Source: Raja brachyura (taxonomy: Eukaryota). Taken from it: 64,000 nt of DNA. Position 1 is the stretch's first letter. Each line of letters starts with the position of its first letter. The stretch covers positions 79,856,001 to 79,920,000 of the forward strand of contig OY740785.1 of the NCBI GenBank assembly GCA_963514005.1. The letters run 5' to 3'. Both the position numbers and the translations under genes were made by a program. Shown in pieces: positions 60,449 through 64,000 of this stretch. The notes under the pieces were generated by a model. That model had not been told where the DNA came from. It saw only the letters and a program-made list of their open reading frames with translations, and did no database searches.

Positions 60449-61600
60449 ATGAATCCCTCCTCCCCCACACAGCCGAAGAAAAGCTCCAGAAGGGAGGTAG
60501 GCCCCACCAAAGCTTCAGGCTCGGGACTGGCTGCCTCCCAAGAAGAGATTTCACTAAGAAAAGCTGAGATGGAAGATCTTAAAAAATCTCTGCTGGCTGA
60601 TATGAGGAAAATGCTGAAGGAAACACAAACAGAAACACAAAAAGAAGTGAAGAAAGATTATAAAGAAATTAAGGATGAAATGAAAGCCTTAAAAACGGAT
60701 ATTCGAAAAATCAAAGAAGAATTAATGAGAGAAGTTAAAGAAATGGTAAAAATCATGATGAATGAATGGAAAACAGAACTGGAGGAGGACATACATACTC
60801 AACTGATTGAGGTAACTGATAAGATTGCTGGGATGGAGCGAATGATGGAAGAGATGATGGATGCGAAAATAGAGGCGAGGTTAAGCCCTATGTCAACTGT
60901 ACTGGATCAACAAAATGATACGATTAAAGAATTAACTGATGCTGCTCTAACAACTGCAAGGGAGAATGAGAAGATAAACGAAGAGAACAAACGCCTCTCT
61001 GAATTAGTACGTAAAATAAATGAGAAATGTATTGATTTGGAGGGGCGGCAAAGACGTAAGAATTTGCGCATAGTAGGTCTGCCTGAGGGACGCGAAGGAA
61101 ACCATGACCCACGTAAATTCTTTGCTAAACTCCTGAAGGACATTTTGGATCTGGATGAAGAGCCCCTGTTGGGCCGAGCCCACAGGGCTTTAAGACCGGC
61201 TTCTAGGAGTGGTGCACCACCAAGACAAGTAATTGTAAAGGTGGTTTATGACGGCGTCTTTGAAGATATGATGAAGATAATAATAAGAAAAAGAAATCTG
61301 AAATACGAAGGAGATAACATCAGTATCTTCAGAGACTACCCGGCCGAAGTGGCTAAAAGAAGAGCTCTATTTACAGAAACAAGACGCATCTTGAGAGATA
61401 TAAAAGGAAAAAAGGAGATCAGATATGGTCTGGTGTACCCGGCAATACTTAGAGTTACCTACGAGAAGAAGGATCTTCGTTTCACCAAGCATACAGCGGC
61501 ACTGGAATTCGCTCGGAAAATACAGAAGAAGGTAGAAGAAGGAGAAGAAGGAGAGGCAGAGGAAGAAGGAGCAGACCCGACAGGAGTAATTGATGAATGA
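60449..61600 (+). CDS. L1 ORF1p (coiled coil, RRM, CTD; transposase_22-like), 383 aa
   Basis: DLEGRQRRKNLRIVGLPE, RAHRAL, FRDYPAEVAKRRALF, YPAILRV. Confidence 0.95.
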   Translation: MNPSSPTQPKKSSRREVGPTKASGSGLAASQEEISLRKAEMEDLKKSLLADMRKMLKETQTETQKEVKKDYKEIKDEMKALKTDIRKIKEELMREVKEMVKIMMNEWKTELEEDIHTQLIEVTDKIAGMERMMEEMMDAKIEARLSPMSTVLDQQNDTIKELTDAALTTARENEKINEENKRLSELVRKINEKCIDLEGRQRRKNLRIVGLPEGREGNHDPRKFFAKLLKDILDLDEEPLLGRAHRALRPASRSGAPPRQVIVKVVYDGVFEDMMKIIIRKRNLKYEGDNISIFRDYPAEVAKRRALFTETRRILRDIKGKKEIRYGLVYPAILRVTYEKKDLRFTKHTAALEFARKIQKKVEEGEEGEAEEEGADPTGVIDE

Positions 61601-62255
61601 ACTTTATGGACCTGCGGTTATGAACCACTCACTGAGAAAAAGGCGAAATAACGGACATAGAATTGTAGTATTATATTGCTTACTAATTAATTAATAAATA
61701 CTAATTTGTAATTATTAATTGCTAATTACTAATTAGTTTGATTTCCCTTACTCCACTTATATAGTATTACTAATTATGATACTAATTATAGTTGAAATTA
61801 ACAACTAAAAACTATTAATATGAATAATAGAAAAAGTTATTAAGAAAATAAAGTTAGCACCCCCACCCCAATATATACAGTATTCCAAATAAGAGCTGGA
61901 ATATTTAACATCTTTTTTTCTTAGAAAACGGAAGTCGCTAGATTAGTAGCCATGTTAGTGTGGCTTTCACCTGTGCACACTACACATTATAAAAGTGTAG
62001 TCTCTTTTTTTTCTGATCACCTTTTTATCACCCTTTACTTTTTTTATATTTACACTCGTTATTATTTTTTGTATAACACATACTTGATTTTATATTATAT
62101 ATTATATAATCATGACTTCTATCTATTTTATATAATCAGATTAAATGGATATGGTTTAATGGAATTGGAAATTCGCATCGGATTGAAGTTGGGGTGTAAT
62201 GTCGGGCTGGAGGAGCCAAGAAGGCTACTCCAAAAAAAGCCACCCTAACAATAAA

Positions 62256-64000
62256 ATGCAAGATATGAATGTAAGGAATGGGGGTGATGGAATCACCTTC
62301 TGTAGTTGGAATGTTAAAGGAATCAATGAACCAATTAAAAGGGGAAAGGTATTAGCTCAGCTGAATAGATTGAAATCTGGAGTTACGTTTCTTCAAGAAA
62401 CACATCTTAAAAAAGATGCTCAATATAGATTAACAGCTAAATGGATTTCAAAAGTATATCATTCTTCGTTTATACACAAATCTAGAGGGGTTGCAATAAT
62501 TATTCGTAAAGGTATACCTTTTAAACTTAATTCGATAATAGAGGATAAGGAGGGTAGATATTTAATAATTACAGGGGAACTACATTTAAAAAAAGTAATT
62601 CTTATGAATATATACGCACCTAATTTTGATAATCCACTATTTTTTAAGAAAATATTTAATAGTATTCTTATATCCACCCAATATAATTTAATAATTGGAG
62701 GTGATTTAAACTGTACTTTAGATAATTATTTGGATAGATCTTCTACAAAAAGTAAGGCTCTTTCTAAATCAAGTAAGCTTATAAATTATTTTATTAAGAC
62801 ATCGAATGTTAAAGATATTTGGAGATTGGATAATCCAACCGGACGGGAATATTCATTTTTCTCGCCGGTATTCGGAACCTATTCGAGGATAGATTATTTC
62901 TTAGTCGACTCAAAATTACTCCCCTTTACGTATGATGCAAAGTATCATAATATTATTATCTCAGATCATACTCCATTAACATTTAAGATAAAATTAAAAG
63001 ATATAGTTAATAAAACTAATATTTGGAGATTCAACACACTGATATTAAAGGATAAAGACTGCTGTAACTATGTGGAGAAACAGATTAAATTATTTTTTGA
63101 AACTAACGATAAACCTGAGACTTCCCCATTATTATTATGGGATACATTTAAAGCATTTATGCGCGGTGCAATAATATCAGCACAAGCTCATTTTAACAAA
63201 GAAAATCGAAAAATGGAGCAAAAGTTAGAAAAAGAGATAAAACAATTAGATAGTGAAAATATAATACATCCTTCTAAAGAGTTGAGTAATAAAATTGCTA
63301 TATTAAAATATAGATTAAATAAAATTTACTCTGATCAAGTGATAAAACTATATCAACAAACTAAACAAGTTCATTTTGAATTTGGTGATAAACCTCAAAA
63401 ATTATTAGCACGACAACTCAGAAGATTAGACGATGAAAAAACTATACATAGTATTAGATCGGTACAGGGAAATACGTTGACTATACCAAAAGACATTAAT
63501 GACACATTTTTACAATATTATCAAAATCTTTATTCATCTAAATTAACAGGGCAAACAGATGAAATGGAAACATTTCTAGAAAAATGTCATTTTAATAAGC
63601 TAGATTTTGAGAGTAGGCAATTATTAAATGCTGAAATATCGGTAATAGATATCGAAGAATCAATTGGATCGTTAAAAAATGGTAAAACAGCTGGCCCCGA
63701 TGGCCTGAGTGCAGAATTTTATAAAAAATTTCATGATCTACTTTCATCAAGATTACAAACAGTGTATAGACACACCTATGAGTTAGGAAAGTTACCAGAG
63801 TCTTTAAATGAATCTACAATTACATTAATTCCTAAATTAGATAAGGATCTGGAAGATCCTGGATCATATCGAGCGATTGCCCTTTTAAACACTGATCAAA
63901 AAATATTAACTAAAGTACTGTCTCGGAGGCTAAGTTTAGTGATTTCCAAAATAATACATTATGATCAAACAGGTTTTATTCCAAAACGTTATTCATCACA
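62256..64000 (+). CDS. L1 ORF2p (APE endonuclease and start of RT), partial at the window end
   Basis: FCSWNVKG, FLQETH, NIYAPN, GGDLN, YSRIDY, SDH, WRFN, AGPDG, SYRAIALLNTD, DQTGF. No closed plus-strand ORF is listed here, consistent with no stop before 64000. Confidence 0.92.
   Translation, partial: MQDMNVRNGGDGITFCSWNVKGINEPIKRGKVLAQLNRLKSGVTFLQETHLKKDAQYRLTAKWISKVYHSSFIHKSRGVAIIIRKGIPFKLNSIIEDKEGRYLIITGELHLKKVILMNIYAPNFDNPLFFKKIFNSILISTQYNLIIGGDLNCTLDNYLDRSSTKSKALSKSSKLINYFIKTSNVKDIWRLDNPTGREYSFFSPVFGTYSRIDYFLVDSKLLPFTYDAKYHNIIISDHTPLTFKIKLKDIVNKTNIWRFNTLILKDKDCCNYVEKQIKLFFETNDKPETSPLLLWDTFKAFMRGAIISAQAHFNKENRKMEQKLEKEIKQLDSENIIHPSKELSNKIAILKYRLNKIYSDQVIKLYQQTKQVHFEFGDKPQKLLARQLRRLDDEKTIHSIRSVQGNTLTIPKDINDTFLQYYQNLYSSKLTGQTDEMETFLEKCHFNKLDFESRQLLNAEISVIDIEESIGSLKNGKTAGPDGLSAEFYKKFHDLLSSRLQTVYRHTYELGKLPESLNESTITLIPKLDKDLEDPGSYRAIALLNTDQKILTKVLSRRLSLVISKIIHYDQTGFIPKRYSS

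Larger units (their letters stand above)
60248..64000 (+). mobile_element. L1 LINE with intact 5' end, continuing beyond the window
   Basis: Starts gggggacttccggtggcgccatg; CpG-containing ~200-bp 5' UTR, ORF1, AT-rich spacer, ORF2. Confidence 0.95.

Overview
This is eukaryotic, vertebrate non-coding DNA dominated by transposable elements. The repeat repertoire (HE1/V-SINE-like SINEs with CR1-type tails, HER1-like CR1 LINEs, Penelope-derived hammerhead repeats) suggests a cartilaginous fish such as a skate or ray; this is inference. No host protein-coding gene can be supported. Main contents: (1) a young 5'-truncated CR1 with an uninterrupted 800-aa ORF2 (11.5-14.1 kb), nested with a second CR1 inside an RTE-like non-autonomous element; (2) a long decayed CR1 (29.9-34.7 kb) with ORF1 esterase and four insertions; (3) an ~8.6-kb minus-strand Helitron with both termini, Rep/PIF1-helicase remnants, minisatellites and a nested Tx1-type LINE; (4) PIF/Harbinger MITEs with TTA target-site duplications (TSDs); (5) a four-layer nest at the end of the window (CR1, BEL/Pao, Gypsy, then an apparently intact L1 running off the window). 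The most unusual signals are about ten short Penelope-derived repeats carrying a minimal hammerhead-ribozyme core, one of them a clean palindromic insertion with a 14-bp TSD, and an apparently exact duplication of at least 339 bp flanking a CR1 fragment at the window start. Boundaries of decayed elements are approximate and were read by eye. There is a 198-N assembly gap at 35331-35528.
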